DNA of 58,823 nt from Patescibacteria group bacterium (GTDB lineage: Bacteria > Patescibacteriota > Minisyncoccia > Phycocordibacterales > Zambryskibacteraceae), in NCBI GenBank assembly GCA_004322205.1, contig SCSN01000007.1, positions 1 to 58,823 on the forward strand, read 5' to 3'. This document shows positions 18,240-27,189 of the stretch, one piece after another. The notes beneath the pieces were generated by a model that saw only the letters and a program-made list of their open reading frames with translations, was not told the DNA's origin and made no database searches. The first letter of the stretch is position 1. The number at the start of each line of letters is the position of its first letter. A program made the translations under genes and the position numbers.

Positions 18240-19511
18240 TCAGTATTCCCTTATCGAAACCTGGGCGTCAATTTTTTTCACCAAGTCAAGAACGACAGAA
18301 ACTACGATAAGCAGAGCGGTGCCGCCGATAGAGAGGGCGGCAATGCCGGTAAAAGTTCGCATCAGAAGCGGCAGTACAGCAATAAGGCCTAAGAAGAGTG
18401 CCCCGACAAGAGTCAGTCGAGTGAGGATTTTGGCAATATGCCCTGACGTCGGCTGACCGGGGCGGACGCCGGGGATGAAGGCACCGTTTTTCTGAAGATT
18501 GGTGGCGATAACGTCAGGGTCGAATGTCACCGCCGTGTAGAAATAAGTAAAGACAAAAACAAGAGCAAAGTAGGCAATCGAGTAAAACCACTGATTCCCC
18601 ATAATACTCAGAATCACTCTCGAGACCGTTTTAAAAATATCGCTGTCCACACCAGCAAGAAAATTAAAAATCATCTGCGGGAACAGGAGAATTGAGAGTG
18701 CAAAGATAATGGGAATGACGCCAGCTTGGTTGACGCGAATCGGCAGGTAGGTGGAGATACCTCCATACATTCTCATGCCGCGCACCCGTTTGGCATAGGT
18801 CACTGGAATTGGCCGTTCCGCCTCGGTAATGACAACCACCCCAAGGACAATGAGCGCCGCCGCCGCCACAAAGGCAAGATAGAGCGGAATCTGGGCGCGG
18901 TCAAAAGTGAACAGCAGTTGGCTCAACTGACCGGGTAGCCCCGCGACGATGCCAGCAAAAATGAGAAGTGAAACTCCGTTGCCGATGCCAAATTCAGAAA
19001 TGAGCTCTCCAATCCACATCAGGAGCATGGAGCCGGCGGTGATAAGGATAACGTTGATGACAAGATCAAAAGATGAAAGTTCGAGAATAACCTGCTGGCG
19101 AGCAAGGATAGAGAGAAAACCAAAGCCCTGGAGAGCGGCGAGCGGGACAGTGAGGAGGCGCGAGTATTGGGCAAACTTTCTCCTGCCCGCCTCCCCTTCT
19201 TCCTGATAGAGCGCTTTGAGGCGCGGGAACATAATGGTGAGAAGCTGCATGATTATCGAGGCGGTAATGTAAGGACCAACGCCAAGCATAATGATAGAGA
19301 GGTTGGAGAGTCCGCCCCCGGAAAAAATATTTAAGAGCCCCAAGAACTCGCTGGACGAAAAAAATGATTCGAGCCGAGCTGTGTCAACTCCGGGAATGGG
19401 AATGGTGGCAAGAATCCGAAAGAGCACAAAAGCACCGAGGACAAAGAGAAGGCGCTTCCGGAGCGCCGGATCATGAATAATCAGACGAATTTTCTCAAGC
19501 AGTCTGCTCAT
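18240..19511 (-). CDS. secY: Preprotein translocase subunit SecY
   Basis: 423-aa, 10-TM ORF in the spc-operon position. Confidence 0.95.
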   Translation of the reverse strand: MSRLLEKIRLIIHDPALRKRLLFVLGAFVLFRILATIPIPGVDTARLESFFSSSEFLGLLNIFSGGGLSNLSIIMLGVGPYITASIIMQLLTIMFPRLKALYQEEGEAGRRKFAQYSRLLTVPLAALQGFGFLSILARQQVILELSSFDLVINVILITAGSMLLMWIGELISEFGIGNGVSLLIFAGIVAGLPGQLSQLLFTFDRAQIPLYLAFVAAAALIVLGVVVITEAERPIPVTYAKRVRGMRMYGGISTYLPIRVNQAGVIPIIFALSILLFPQMIFNFLAGVDSDIFKTVSRVILSIMGNQWFYSIAYFALVFVFTYFYTAVTFDPDVIATNLQKNGAFIPGVRPGQPTSGHIAKILTRLTLVGALFLGLIAVLPLLMRTFTGIAALSIGGTALLIVVSVVLDLVKKIDAQVSIREY

Positions 19512-19951
19512 TGGTTAATAGTCCCTCCGGCTTTTTCAATTTTCAGACGTGCGGCTGCCGAGACCAAACAGGAGCTTATAATGAGAGGTTTAGTCAGCCG
19601 ACCTTCTCCGAGAATTTTGACGCGCGGCGGTCTGCCGCCGCACAGTCTCACAACCGACTTCAGAGCGAGTGTTTTCGGCGAAACAGTTTCTCCGGCGCCA
19701 AAGATTCTATCGATAACCGAGAGATTAACAGGAGATAACTTTTCCCCAATGGAGGTCAGAACGTTTTTGCCGCGGCCGCGCAGTTTAGGCAGACGTTTGA
19801 TAATGTCGCGAAACTCCGGCCGCTTCTTTCTTCCGGCGCGGGCGCTCTGCCCCTTAGTGCCGCGCCCGGAAGTTTTACCGCGCTTGCCGCCGCGTCCGAC
19901 CTGCACCGAGTGCTTCCCCTTATGAACTCTGCGAAGAGTGTGAAACTGCAT
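19508..19951 (-). CDS. rplO: 50S ribosomal protein L15
   Basis: 147 aa, GRGGKRGKTSGRGTKGQ motif. Confidence 0.93.
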   Translation of the reverse strand: MQFHTLRRVHKGKHSVQVGRGGKRGKTSGRGTKGQSARAGRKKRPEFRDIIKRLPKLRGRGKNVLTSIGEKLSPVNLSVIDRIFGAGETVSPKTLALKSVVRLCGGRPPRVKILGEGRLTKPLIISSCLVSAAARLKIEKAGGTINQ

Positions 19952-19955
19952 ATTG

Positions 19956-20579
19956 TTATCGTTTTATAGTCCGGGAAATCGCAGCTAAGGCTTTGACTGC
20001 TGCTTTGGCGTTATTTACCGGATTTTTCGAGCCGGAGAGAATCTTAGCGTTAATTGAAGTCAGTCCCGCAAGCCCTAAGACGGCGCGAACCGAGCTTCCG
20101 GCAAGGATGCCGCGCCCGGGTGCCGGCATAATTTTCACTCGGGCGGCGCCGAACTTCGCCTCCGTCTCATGGGGGATAGACATCTCTTTGGTGACATTGA
20201 CGGTAATCATATTTTTCTTGGCATCCCGCAACGCCTTCTCTATAGCAAGAGAAGTGTCGGCCGCTTTGCCCGCCCCAACACCCACTGCTCCCTTGCGATT
20301 GCCTACTACTAGCGTGACAGAGAAGCTAAAACGCCGCCCGCCCGCCATCACCCGCGTGACGCGGCGGACGCTCACAATCTTGTGATCAAATTCGGAGCGG
20401 CTCCGCCCCTCCCGCTTGCCGCCCCTGCGGAGATTTTTCTTGCGCCCTCTCTTCTCCTCCCTTTGGTGAGACGGGACTCTCGCTGGCAGCGGCGCGAGAG
20501 GAGGAGGCGTTCCTTGGCTTCCCTTCTGCGCGGTCTCTTTAGGCACTTCTGTTTGATTTATTCTTTCCTCGTCTTTCAT
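19956..20579 (-). CDS. rpsE: 30S ribosomal protein S5 with ~45-aa basic N-terminal extension
   Basis: S5 core (VRRVTRVMAGGRRFSFSV..VGNRKG.VG.G.GKA). Only 4 nt separate it from rplO, so there is no rpmD. Confidence 0.93.
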   Translation of the reverse strand: MKDEERINQTEVPKETAQKGSQGTPPPLAPLPARVPSHQREEKRGRKKNLRRGGKREGRSRSEFDHKIVSVRRVTRVMAGGRRFSFSVTLVVGNRKGAVGVGAGKAADTSLAIEKALRDAKKNMITVNVTKEMSIPHETEAKFGAARVKIMPAPGRGILAGSSVRAVLGLAGLTSINAKILSGSKNPVNNAKAAVKALAAISRTIKR

Positions 20580-20581
20580 AT

Positions 20582-20947
20582 TTAAAATGATAATCCTCCT
20601 TCACGAGCTCCTTCGGCCAGCTCGCGAATTCCTCCAGTATAGAGAAATCTGCCGCGGTCGAAGACCACCCGCCCGACCCCCGCCGACTTTACCTGCGCAG
20701 CGATTCTCCTGCCGAGCTCCCGGGCTTTCTCGCGCCGCGTCCGGCCGGCAAGCACTTGAGTTGAGAGGGCACAGAGCGTTCTGCCGTCGTCATCGTTCAC
20801 AACTTGAGCAGAGAGAAATTTGTTCGACCGAAAGACTGAAAGGCGAGGACGCAGGGCGGTGCCTCTGACCCTTGCTCTGACTCTGCGCTGCCTCCGCAGG
20901 CGCCGCATCTTCTTAACTTTGGAGAGGTTTTTCATAACATTAGGCAA
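20582..20947 (-). CDS. rplR: 50S ribosomal protein L18
   Basis: 121 aa, RPRLSVFRSNKFLSAQV motif. Confidence 0.93.
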   Translation of the reverse strand: MPNVMKNLSKVKKMRRLRRQRRVRARVRGTALRPRLSVFRSNKFLSAQVVNDDDGRTLCALSTQVLAGRTRREKARELGRRIAAQVKSAGVGRVVFDRGRFLYTGGIRELAEGAREGGLSF

Positions 20948-21476
20948 CTGCTTTCTTGCCCTGCTTGAGTTTGATAACTTCGCCTTGGTAGCGAATGCCC
21001 TTGCCTTTATAGGGCTCCGGTTTTTTGAGAGAGCGCAGGCGTGCCGCGAATTCGGTAACGAGCTCCTTGCCGACGCCGGAGACAGTCAGAACATTTTTCT
21101 CCACCGTGATGGAGAGTCCGGCGGGAATAGGCACTTCAACCGGATGAGAGAAACCCAGGGCAAATTGAAGTTTGTCGCCCTTGAGCTCAACTCGGTACCC
21201 AATGCCTTCCACCACAAGTTTTTTGCTAAATCCTTCCGTGACACCCCTCACCATATTTGTGACGTGCGAAGCATAGGTGCCGCGCAGTATCCCCACTCCT
21301 GGGCTCTCTCCCCTCGGCTCCACCCGGAGTTGCGAGTCAGAAGCAACCACATTGAGAGACGGCGGCAGAGTACGAGAAGTTTCCCCCAGTGGCCCCTTGA
21401 CGACAACGGTATTGCCGCTCACGCTAACCGTTACTTTCTCCGGGATGACAATTATTTTTTTTCCGATTCGACTCAT
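20940..21476 (-). CDS. rplF: 50S ribosomal protein L6
   Basis: MSRIGKKIIVIPEKV.. The ATG at 21476 lies inside the longer track ORF (to 21527). TATAAT at 21483-21488 is 6 nt upstream. Confidence 0.93.
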   Translation of the reverse strand: MSRIGKKIIVIPEKVTVSVSGNTVVVKGPLGETSRTLPPSLNVVASDSQLRVEPRGESPGVGILRGTYASHVTNMVRGVTEGFSKKLVVEGIGYRVELKGDKLQFALGFSHPVEVPIPAGLSITVEKNVLTVSGVGKELVTEFAARLRSLKKPEPYKGKGIRYQGEVIKLKQGKKAVA

Positions 21477-21526
21477 GCCAATATTATACGAACGATACGA
21501 GCGAAGTGAGCAAATAAAATTGAGCA

Positions 21527-21654
21527 CCCCCCACTAACTTTTCCACTCACCAGCCTCGATTTCTCGTCCCATGGACGAAAAATCATTTTTAATACCAGCA
21601 TGATATATAAATTATTCTTCATATAAATCATTGTTCTGAAAAGTTAGTGGGGGG
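21527..21654. repeat. Family-A intergenic hairpin element (copy A1) between rpsH and rplF
   Basis: 17-bp perfect terminal inverted repeat ccccccactaacttttc / gaaaagttagtgggggg. Internal hairpin tcgtcc-cat-ggacga. Conserved aaatcattgttctgaaaagt end. Confidence 0.8.
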
Positions 21655-21705
21655 TAGAGTTTCGCAATCTCTGTTTGCTTCAGCAAGCAAACAGAGGGCG
21701 AATTC

Positions 21706-22092
21706 TCACCATATCTCAAACAACGCCTCACCGCCGACCCGAGCGGCTCGCGCCTCCTTGTCTGAAAGAATACCCTTGGGAGTGGAGAGCACAAGCATGC
21801 CGTAGCCGCGCTTCACCGCTACAATCTCCCGCACTGATTTGTAGACTCGGCGAGAGGGTCTGGAAAGACGTCTCACTCCCTGGACCCTTGGATGATTATC
21901 AACGTAGCGAAGTCCTATTTCTATCATCTTCGTCTTTTTGCCGCGCCGCGCGACTGCGCCGACAAACCCCTCTTTCTCAAGAAGTAAACAGATTTCCATC
22001 TTCACCCGGGAATACGGCAAAGTAACCGACTCTTTTCGAGCTCCGCCCCCATTCTTGATTCGAATGATGAGATCGGCAATTGGATCAGTCAT
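21706..22092 (-). CDS. rpsH: 30S ribosomal protein S8
   Basis: 128 aa, MTDPIADLIIRIKNG. Confidence 0.95.
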   Translation of the reverse strand: MTDPIADLIIRIKNGGGARKESVTLPYSRVKMEICLLLEKEGFVGAVARRGKKTKMIEIGLRYVDNHPRVQGVRRLSRPSRRVYKSVREIVAVKRGYGMLVLSTPKGILSDKEARAARVGGEALFEIW

Positions 22093-22093
22093 A

Positions 22094-22279
22094 TTACCAA
22101 GACGATTTCTTTACCCCGGGAATCTTGCCTTCGTTGGCAAGCTCACGGAAGCAGATTCGACACAAATCAAAATCTCTCATATAGCCGCGCTTCCGCCCGC
22201 AACGAAAACAGCGCCGAACCACTCTAGTTGAGAACTTCGGCTTCTTGAGCGACCTGGCAATGACTGACTTTTTTGCCAC
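22094..22279 (-). CDS. rpsZ: 30S ribosomal protein S14 type Z (zinc-binding)
   Basis: GTG at 22279 gives a 61-aa protein (V)AKKSVIARS.. with CxxC..CxxC. Confidence 0.9.
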   Translation of the reverse strand: MAKKSVIARSLKKPKFSTRVVRRCFRCGRKRGYMRDFDLCRICFRELANEGKIPGVKKSSW

Positions 22280-22304
22280 AAATAAAAACCCCAAACGGGT
22301 CTTG

Positions 22305-22334
22305 ATACTAGCAAGACAAAGTAGTTAGTGTCAA
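22305..22334 (-). promoter_or_regulatory. Internal sigma70-like promoter upstream of rpsZ
   Basis: On the minus strand: TTGACA, 18 nt, TAGTAT. Same ttgcTAGTATc context as the rpsS promoter. Confidence 0.45.
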
Positions 22335-22429
22335 ACAAAAAGCTTTTCTAAATTTGGAGGTATCGCCGTGTTTTAAGAGGCCAACGTAAGAATTTAATGT
22401 TTGAGCTTCCAAGTGTATAAAACCCATCC

Positions 22430-22966
22430 TTACTCTTTCCTAAAAGGAAACTCTAAAAATTCAAAAAACGCTTTGGTCTCTTCTTTATTTTTTGCATTTG
22501 TCACAATCGTCACCGCCAACCCAAAGACATCCTTGAGTTCTTCGTCGGACGTCTCGGGGAAAATTGTGTGCTCGCGAACGCCAATGGTCAGATTCCCCAT
22601 TTCGTCAATGGCGCTCGCAGGAATGCCGCGGAAATCCTTGGTGCGCGGCAGAGCAACGTGAAGCAGTTTGTCGAGAAAATCATACATTCTTTTGCCGCGA
22701 AGGGTCACCTGCAACCCCACTGGGTCGCCCTGACGGATTTTAAACGATGCAACCGACTGCTTGGCTCCGCGGACCGACGGTTTCTGCCCCGTAATTTTTG
22801 CCAGGCGATCAAGAGCGAGGTCTCTTTTCTTAGGGTCTTTAAACGAGCCGGTGCCGGCTGAAACCACTACCTTAAGAATCCGCGGCACTTGCATGGGGTT
22901 ACTGTAGCCTAATTTGGACTTGGGCGCCGCAAAAGCCTTTCTTATTTTTTTCTGGATTGGCTCCAT
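22430..22966 (-). CDS. rplE: 50S ribosomal protein L5
   Basis: 178-aa ORF, typical L5 sequence. Confidence 0.95.
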   Translation of the reverse strand: MEPIQKKIRKAFAAPKSKLGYSNPMQVPRILKVVVSAGTGSFKDPKKRDLALDRLAKITGQKPSVRGAKQSVASFKIRQGDPVGLQVTLRGKRMYDFLDKLLHVALPRTKDFRGIPASAIDEMGNLTIGVREHTIFPETSDEELKDVFGLAVTIVTNAKNKEETKAFFEFLEFPFRKE

Positions 22967-23075
22967 GTTAGTTTATAAGTTCCGTTTCGCTCATAAGTTT
23001 AATAAGTTATTGGGGCTGCAGTTTGTATTTGAGTCTTTAACTTATAAAACTTTTGAACTTATTCAACTTCTCAAC

Positions 23076-23384
23076 CTATCCGATAACATTTCCGCTCTTC
23101 TTCGCCACCCGCACTTTCTTGCCTCCTACCTCTCGATAGCCAATACGTGTGGGTTTGCCTGTCTTGGGGTCAAGAATCATTACCGCGGCAGCCGCAATCG
23201 GTGCGGTTTTGTCAATCACTTGCCCCTTCTGACCAGCGCGCGTCGGACGGCGGTGAACTTTTTTGACATTGACGCCCTCGACAATCACTTTCAGGGTACG
23301 CGGAAGAGCCTTGAGAACTTTTCCTTTTTTCCCCTTGTCTTTGCCGGAATGTATATAGACCGTGTCTCCTTTCTTGATCTTCAT
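23076..23384 (-). CDS. rplX: 50S ribosomal protein L24
   Basis: 102 aa, MKIKKGDTVYIHSGKDKGK KOW motif. Confidence 0.95.
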   Translation of the reverse strand: MKIKKGDTVYIHSGKDKGKKGKVLKALPRTLKVIVEGVNVKKVHRRPTRAGQKGQVIDKTAPIAAAAVMILDPKTGKPTRIGYREVGGKKVRVAKKSGNVIG

Positions 23385-23450
23385 AATTTTGTTATGAGCG
23401 AAGCAAATTGGAAAATGTGCTTAAAAACATAGTCACTTCATTCCTTGTTT

Positions 23451-23822
23451 TTATACCACCTCTGGCGCCAGCGAAATAATTTGCTGAAAGCCCCGCTCCC
23501 CTAGCTCTCGCGGGACGGGACCGAAAATGCGCCCCGCCACCGGCTCACGCTTTACCTTATCAATGACTATAACAGCGTTCTCATCAAAGCGAATATAGGA
23601 GCCGTCGCTTCGGCGGAAGGGGTATTTCTGGCGCGCCACTACAGCGTACAAAATATCTTTCTTCTTGACGGGTTTGCGCGGCTGGGCTACTTGAACAGAA
23701 AGCACAACCACGTCACCGATCCGGGCGTAGCGCTTGCGCGATCCTCCGAGCACTTTGAAAACTCTCCCGATTTTTGCGCCGGAGTTATCTGCAATTTTGA
23801 CAATAGAGCGTGGTTGGATCAT
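23451..23822 (-). CDS. rplN: 50S ribosomal protein L14
   Basis: MIQPRSIVKIADNSGAK.. The ATG at 23822 lies inside the longer track ORF. TATAAT at 23829-23834 is 6 nt upstream. Confidence 0.95.
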   Translation of the reverse strand: MIQPRSIVKIADNSGAKIGRVFKVLGGSRKRYARIGDVVVLSVQVAQPRKPVKKKDILYAVVARQKYPFRRSDGSYIRFDENAVIVIDKVKREPVAGRIFGPVPRELGERGFQQIISLAPEVV

Positions 23823-23863
23823 GCCAATATTATATGAGCGAAGCGAATAATAATATTGAGCAT

Positions 23864-23990
23864 CCCCCACTTACTTTTCCCCTCAAAACAAGCGATTTTT
23901 TGTCTTGCAGACAAAAAATCATTTTCAATTCTTGCACGTAATCTAAATTAACGTTTTTGTAAATCATTGTTCTGAAAAGTAAGTGGGGGG
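23864..23990. repeat. Family-A intergenic hairpin element (copy A2) between rpsQ and rplN
   Basis: Terminal inverted repeat cccccacttacttttc / gaaaagtaagtggggg. Internal 12-bp perfect hairpin gattttttgtct-tgc-agacaaaaaatc. About 85% identical to copy A3 by eye. Confidence 0.85.
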
Positions 23991-24005
23991 TTGTGTAATT
24001 CATGG

Positions 24006-24257
24006 TCACTGCGTTTCTTGAATTACAACAAAGTGTTTGTGCTTCGAAATCGGTTTTGTCTCTTGAATCACCACCTTCTCGCCAACCTTCCGAACGTTTC
24101 CCGGATCATGCGCCTTGTATTTTTTCCGATATTCGATGTATTTGCCGTAGCGCGGATGCCTGACGTAGCGGCGCACAAGAACAACCACCGTGTCTTTCAT
24201 CTTGTCCGAGATTACCACTCCAGAAAACTTTTTCCCTTTTGTTTTTGTTTCCGCCAT
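24006..24257 (-). CDS. rpsQ: 30S ribosomal protein S17
   Basis: 83-aa ORF, typical S17. Confidence 0.95.
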   Translation of the reverse strand: MAETKTKGKKFSGVVISDKMKDTVVVLVRRYVRHPRYGKYIEYRKKYKAHDPGNVRKVGEKVVIQETKPISKHKHFVVIQETQ

Positions 24258-24262
24258 GGCGC

Positions 24263-24454
24263 TTATTTGACCTTCGTTTTTCGGCCGGAGAGCTCGGTTA
24301 GAAGCCGGGCAATATCCTTGCGCAGGGCGCGTCCTTCTTTGACATTTCTCACCTTGCTGCCAGCAACACCAAACCGAAAAGCCCGCAAGGCTTCGCGTTT
24401 CTCACGCAACATTTTCTCCAAATCCTTCTCCGTTTTGTCTTTCAAATCTTTCAC
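24263..24454 (-). CDS. rpmC: 50S ribosomal protein L29
   Basis: 63-aa ORF, GTG start. Confidence 0.9.
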   Translation of the reverse strand: MKDLKDKTEKDLEKMLREKREALRAFRFGVAGSKVRNVKEGRALRKDIARLLTELSGRKTKVK

Positions 24455-24467
24455 CTTAATGATTCGG

Positions 24468-24887
24468 TTACTGCCGAGCGATCACCCTTGTCTTAACGGG
24501 AAGTTTACTTCCAGCTTTGCGCAATGCCTCGCGAGCTCCTGACTCCGGTATCCCATCGACCTCAAACAATATCCGACCTAGTTTCACCGGTGCGCAGTAG
24601 CCGGCAATATCCCCCTTGCCTTTCCCCATCGGCACTTCGGCAGGCTTAGCGGTATATGGCATGTCGGGGAAGATTCGAATCCAAGCTTTTCCCGTTTTAC
24701 CAAGCGAGCGCGCAAGAACCTTTCGCGCCGCTTCAATCTGGTTTGAGCGAATGCGCCCGGCTTGCATCGCCTTGAGCCCAAACGAGCCGAAGTCCACGCT
24801 CGCCCCGCGCGTGGCCACACCCACGCGCTCGGGGTGTTTGCGCATGGTGTGCCACTTTCGATATTTTACTTTTTTGGGGAAAAGCAT
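24468..24887 (-). CDS. rplP: 50S ribosomal protein L16
   Basis: 139 aa, MLFPKKVKYRKWH. Confidence 0.95.
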   Translation of the reverse strand: MLFPKKVKYRKWHTMRKHPERVGVATRGASVDFGSFGLKAMQAGRIRSNQIEAARKVLARSLGKTGKAWIRIFPDMPYTAKPAEVPMGKGKGDIAGYCAPVKLGRILFEVDGIPESGAREALRKAGSKLPVKTRVIARQ

Positions 24888-24896
24888 GGTTGATTT

Positions 24897-25568
24897 TTAC
24901 AGACCTTGTTTTTTGGAAAACACTTCGCCTTTATAAACCCAGACCTTGATGCCGAGATCGCCGTACGGCAGTTTCGCTCGCTCGCGGGCAAAGTCGACAT
25001 TGGCGCGAAAAGTCTGAAGCGGAATGCGCCCAAGCTTGCGCGTCTCACTACGAGCAATAGAGGCGCCGCCGAGGCGCCCGGCAATAGTAATTTTTACTCC
25101 TCCAACGTCGCGGTTTGCCATCACTTTCTCAACCATTTGCTTGAGAACTCGGCGGTAAGGCAGCCGCTTCTCGAGACCCTCGGCAATCATCGCCGCCACA
25201 ATAGCGGCGTTGGACTCCGGCGACTTGACCTCCCTAATATCGAGCTTGACTTCGGTCTTGAGATTCCAGATGCCGCGCTTGCGCATCATAGACAAAAGGT
25301 CCTCTCGCAACTTGACCGCCCCGTCGCCGGCTCTGCCGATAATCATGCCCGGACGCGACGTCTCAATAATGACGCGCAGGGTTTTCTCGCCCCGTTCAAT
25401 GTCAATGGAGCTGACAAAAAAACCGCGCAGTTTGCGTTCAAGAAACGAGCGGATGAGAATATCGCCGCGCAGAAATTCGGTGTACTTTTTCTTCAAGCCA
25501 AACCAGCGAGATTTCCAATCTCTAATGATGCCGAGGCGGTGTGAATATGGATGGACAGTGTGGCTCAT
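24897..25568 (-). CDS. rpsC: 30S ribosomal protein S3
   Basis: 223-aa ORF with KH and S3-C regions. Confidence 0.95.
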   Translation of the reverse strand: MSHTVHPYSHRLGIIRDWKSRWFGLKKKYTEFLRGDILIRSFLERKLRGFFVSSIDIERGEKTLRVIIETSRPGMIIGRAGDGAVKLREDLLSMMRKRGIWNLKTEVKLDIREVKSPESNAAIVAAMIAEGLEKRLPYRRVLKQMVEKVMANRDVGGVKITIAGRLGGASIARSETRKLGRIPLQTFRANVDFARERAKLPYGDLGIKVWVYKGEVFSKKQGL

Positions 25569-25975
25569 AGAGCGGCTTTCAGCTTCTTAGCCTTAGATAC
25601 TTTGTCTCCTTCGGTTTTCGGATTTCGTGCTTCCGATTCAGGTAGCTTTGTTTCTAAAACCAATTTGACGTGACTTGTTCTTTTGCGCACAGGAAGGGCT
25701 CGACCGCGCGAGGCAGGGCGATTTCGGTAGAGAATATCACCGCCGTCCACTCGAATCTCTTTGATTAAAAGTTCCTTGCTGTCGAGGTTCTGTGTTTTGG
25801 CATTCGCCACCGCCGATTTAATGAGCTTGGCAATCGGAGCGCCGGCGCGCTTGGGGATAAATAAGAGGGAGGTCAGAGCTTCCTCAACTCTCTTGCCGCG
25901 CACTACATCTGCCACCAGCCTTACCTTGCGGGGAGATTGTCTGAAGTTGCGAAGCTGGGCTGTAACAGTAGCCAT
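25565..25975 (-). CDS. rplV: 50S ribosomal protein L22
   Basis: 136-aa ORF with a C-terminal basic extension. Confidence 0.93.
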   Translation of the reverse strand: MATVTAQLRNFRQSPRKVRLVADVVRGKRVEEALTSLLFIPKRAGAPIAKLIKSAVANAKTQNLDSKELLIKEIRVDGGDILYRNRPASRGRALPVRKRTSHVKLVLETKLPESEARNPKTEGDKVSKAKKLKAAL

Positions 25976-25978
25976 ATT

Positions 25979-26332
25979 TTATTTCGATTCTTGGGAACTT
26001 TGAGTGGGGGCGGCCTTGGCAGCTTGGGCGGCGGCGATCTCCGCCTCACGCTTTTGCTGCTCAAGCTCTTTCTGGATTTTCCCTCCGTGCCGAACAAACT
26101 TGCGAGTCAGAGCAAATTCTCCCAGCCGGTGCCCCACCATATCTTCCGTCACAGAGACTTCAATATGCTCCTTGCCGTTGTGCACGCCAAAAGTAAAACC
26201 GACCATCTCGGGAGCAATCTGGCTATCTCTCGCCCAAGTGCGAATCACTCCGACCTTGTCAGGCTTTTTACCCTCAATTTTTTTGAGGAGTTTTTCGTAG
26301 ACGTACGGACCTTTCTTTGACGAGCGAGTCAT
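25979..26332 (-). CDS. rpsS: 30S ribosomal protein S19 with ~25-aa C-terminal extension
   Basis: [11 protein letters not shown].. from the ATG at 26332 inside track ORF 25979..26353. Confidence 0.93.
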   Translation of the reverse strand: MTRSSKKGPYVYEKLLKKIEGKKPDKVGVIRTWARDSQIAPEMVGFTFGVHNGKEHIEVSVTEDMVGHRLGEFALTRKFVRHGGKIQKELEQQKREAEIAAAQAAKAAPTQSSQESK

Positions 26333-26393
26333 ATTGAAAAAAGAAGCTCGCAAGAGCTTCGCAAGATACTAGCAAATGAGCCCTTCTTGTCAA
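26333..26393 (-). promoter_or_regulatory. Re-initiation promoter plus 5' hairpin-U6 immediately upstream of rpsS
   Basis: Minus strand: TTGACA (26388-26393), 16 nt, TAGTAT (26366-26371). Then GAAGCTC-ttgc-GAGCTTC (26343-26360), TTTTTT, caat, ATG. Confidence 0.5.
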
Positions 26394-26400
26394 ATTCTCC

Positions 26401-26440
26401 ATGAAAATACCCCAGCGTCCGCTTATGCGGCGCGCTGGGG
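26401..26440 (-). terminator. Hairpin terminator at the 3' end of the inserted gene
   Basis: CCCCAGCG..CCGC-ataa-GCGG..CGCTGGGG followed by tattttc. It overlaps the stop codon at 26423. Confidence 0.65.
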
Positions 26441-27070
26441 TATGCGCGGGAGGAACGGCCAGACGAGCCGAACCATTCCACCCCGCACTCGGAGAGCCCA
26501 ATCTGCTTTGAGCGGAACTGGGTTGTCTCCAATCCTCCGTCCCTTCCCATCCTTGCGCCATTGAAGTATGGACCCACCTAGAGAGTCGATGACCGGGATC
26601 CGATGTTCGAAGTTCATCGAAATCCAAGTCTGCTCCATGGTGTTCCGATACGCCCTCACTCGCCAAAAAGCATCGGCGAGCAGGCGCACCAGTTCCACCC
26701 GGGCGTCGCGCAAGCGCTTCACCTTTTGTTGATCGAGCTTTCGACCAAACCACGGTGGAAAGAAGACAAAGCGCAACATGTTGTAGCGCCGCCTGTCCTT
26801 ATCCAACCTTCGCTGGAACTGTACATCGGCAAGCCACCACCCTTCTAGCTCAAGATCAGCGAGAAGTTGGCGACCGGTGACCGGTTCTGTCTCGCGAATA
26901 AACTTAACACTCTTCCATTCGCGAGATTTGCGGGTTTCTACCTCCTTCTTTGATTCGTCGGAGAGTCGCCGAATCCAACATCGCGGAACCGCCTGGTCGT
27001 TAGAGAAGCTGAACTGCAGACGAAGCTCGTCCAGCTCCTGATCGAGCATTCCGGGAAACTCCAGAGACAT
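26423..27070 (-). CDS. Hypothetical 215-aa protein inserted between rplB and rpsS
   Basis: ATG at 27070 with GGAGGAG 6 nt upstream. Arg/Trp-rich, no motif recognised. Visibly GC-richer than the flanking r-protein genes. Confidence 0.7.
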   Translation of the reverse strand: MSLEFPGMLDQELDELRLQFSFSNDQAVPRCWIRRLSDESKKEVETRKSREWKSVKFIRETEPVTGRQLLADLELEGWWLADVQFQRRLDKDRRRYNMLRFVFFPPWFGRKLDQQKVKRLRDARVELVRLLADAFWRVRAYRNTMEQTWISMNFEHRIPVIDSLGGSILQWRKDGKGRRIGDNPVPLKADWALRVRGGMVRLVWPFLPRIPQRAA

Positions 27071-27130
27071 GGTTGTCTCCTCCAAAGTTGGTGGACAATA
27101 ATGGGATTAATTTCTAGGAACTCTTCTCTA

Positions 27131-27160
27131 ATTATATCATAACATATAATAATTTGTCAA
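27131..27160 (-). promoter_or_regulatory. Near-consensus sigma70 promoter of the inserted gene
   Basis: Minus strand: TTGACA (27155-27160), 18 nt, TATAAT (27131-27136). Confidence 0.6.
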
Positions 27161-27189
27161 TACCAAAACCAGCCCCTTGTTTAGGGCTG
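27161..27189 (-). terminator. Hairpin plus U-rich tract after rplB
   Basis: CAGCCC-taaacaag-GGGCTG followed by gttttggtatt on the minus strand. Confidence 0.55.

Noticed and set aside
20820-21509. Long plus-strand ORFs antisense to ribosomal and housekeeping genes. Examples: 20820-21509 (229 aa), 24906-25544 (212 aa), 28647-29294 (215 aa), 35244-35753, 44150-44710 and 46394-47098 (234 aa).
   Set aside because: Each lies fully inside a confidently identified minus-strand gene. Each has an Arg/Ser/Pro-rich shadow-ORF composition and no start signals. They are treated as antisense artefacts.
26274-26753. 159-aa and 82-aa alternative-frame ORFs overlapping the inserted gene and the rpsS start
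   Set aside because: They run across the terminator, the promoter and the rpsS start codon, and have no SD or start context. The 26423-27070 frame has a strong SD and a consistent length.
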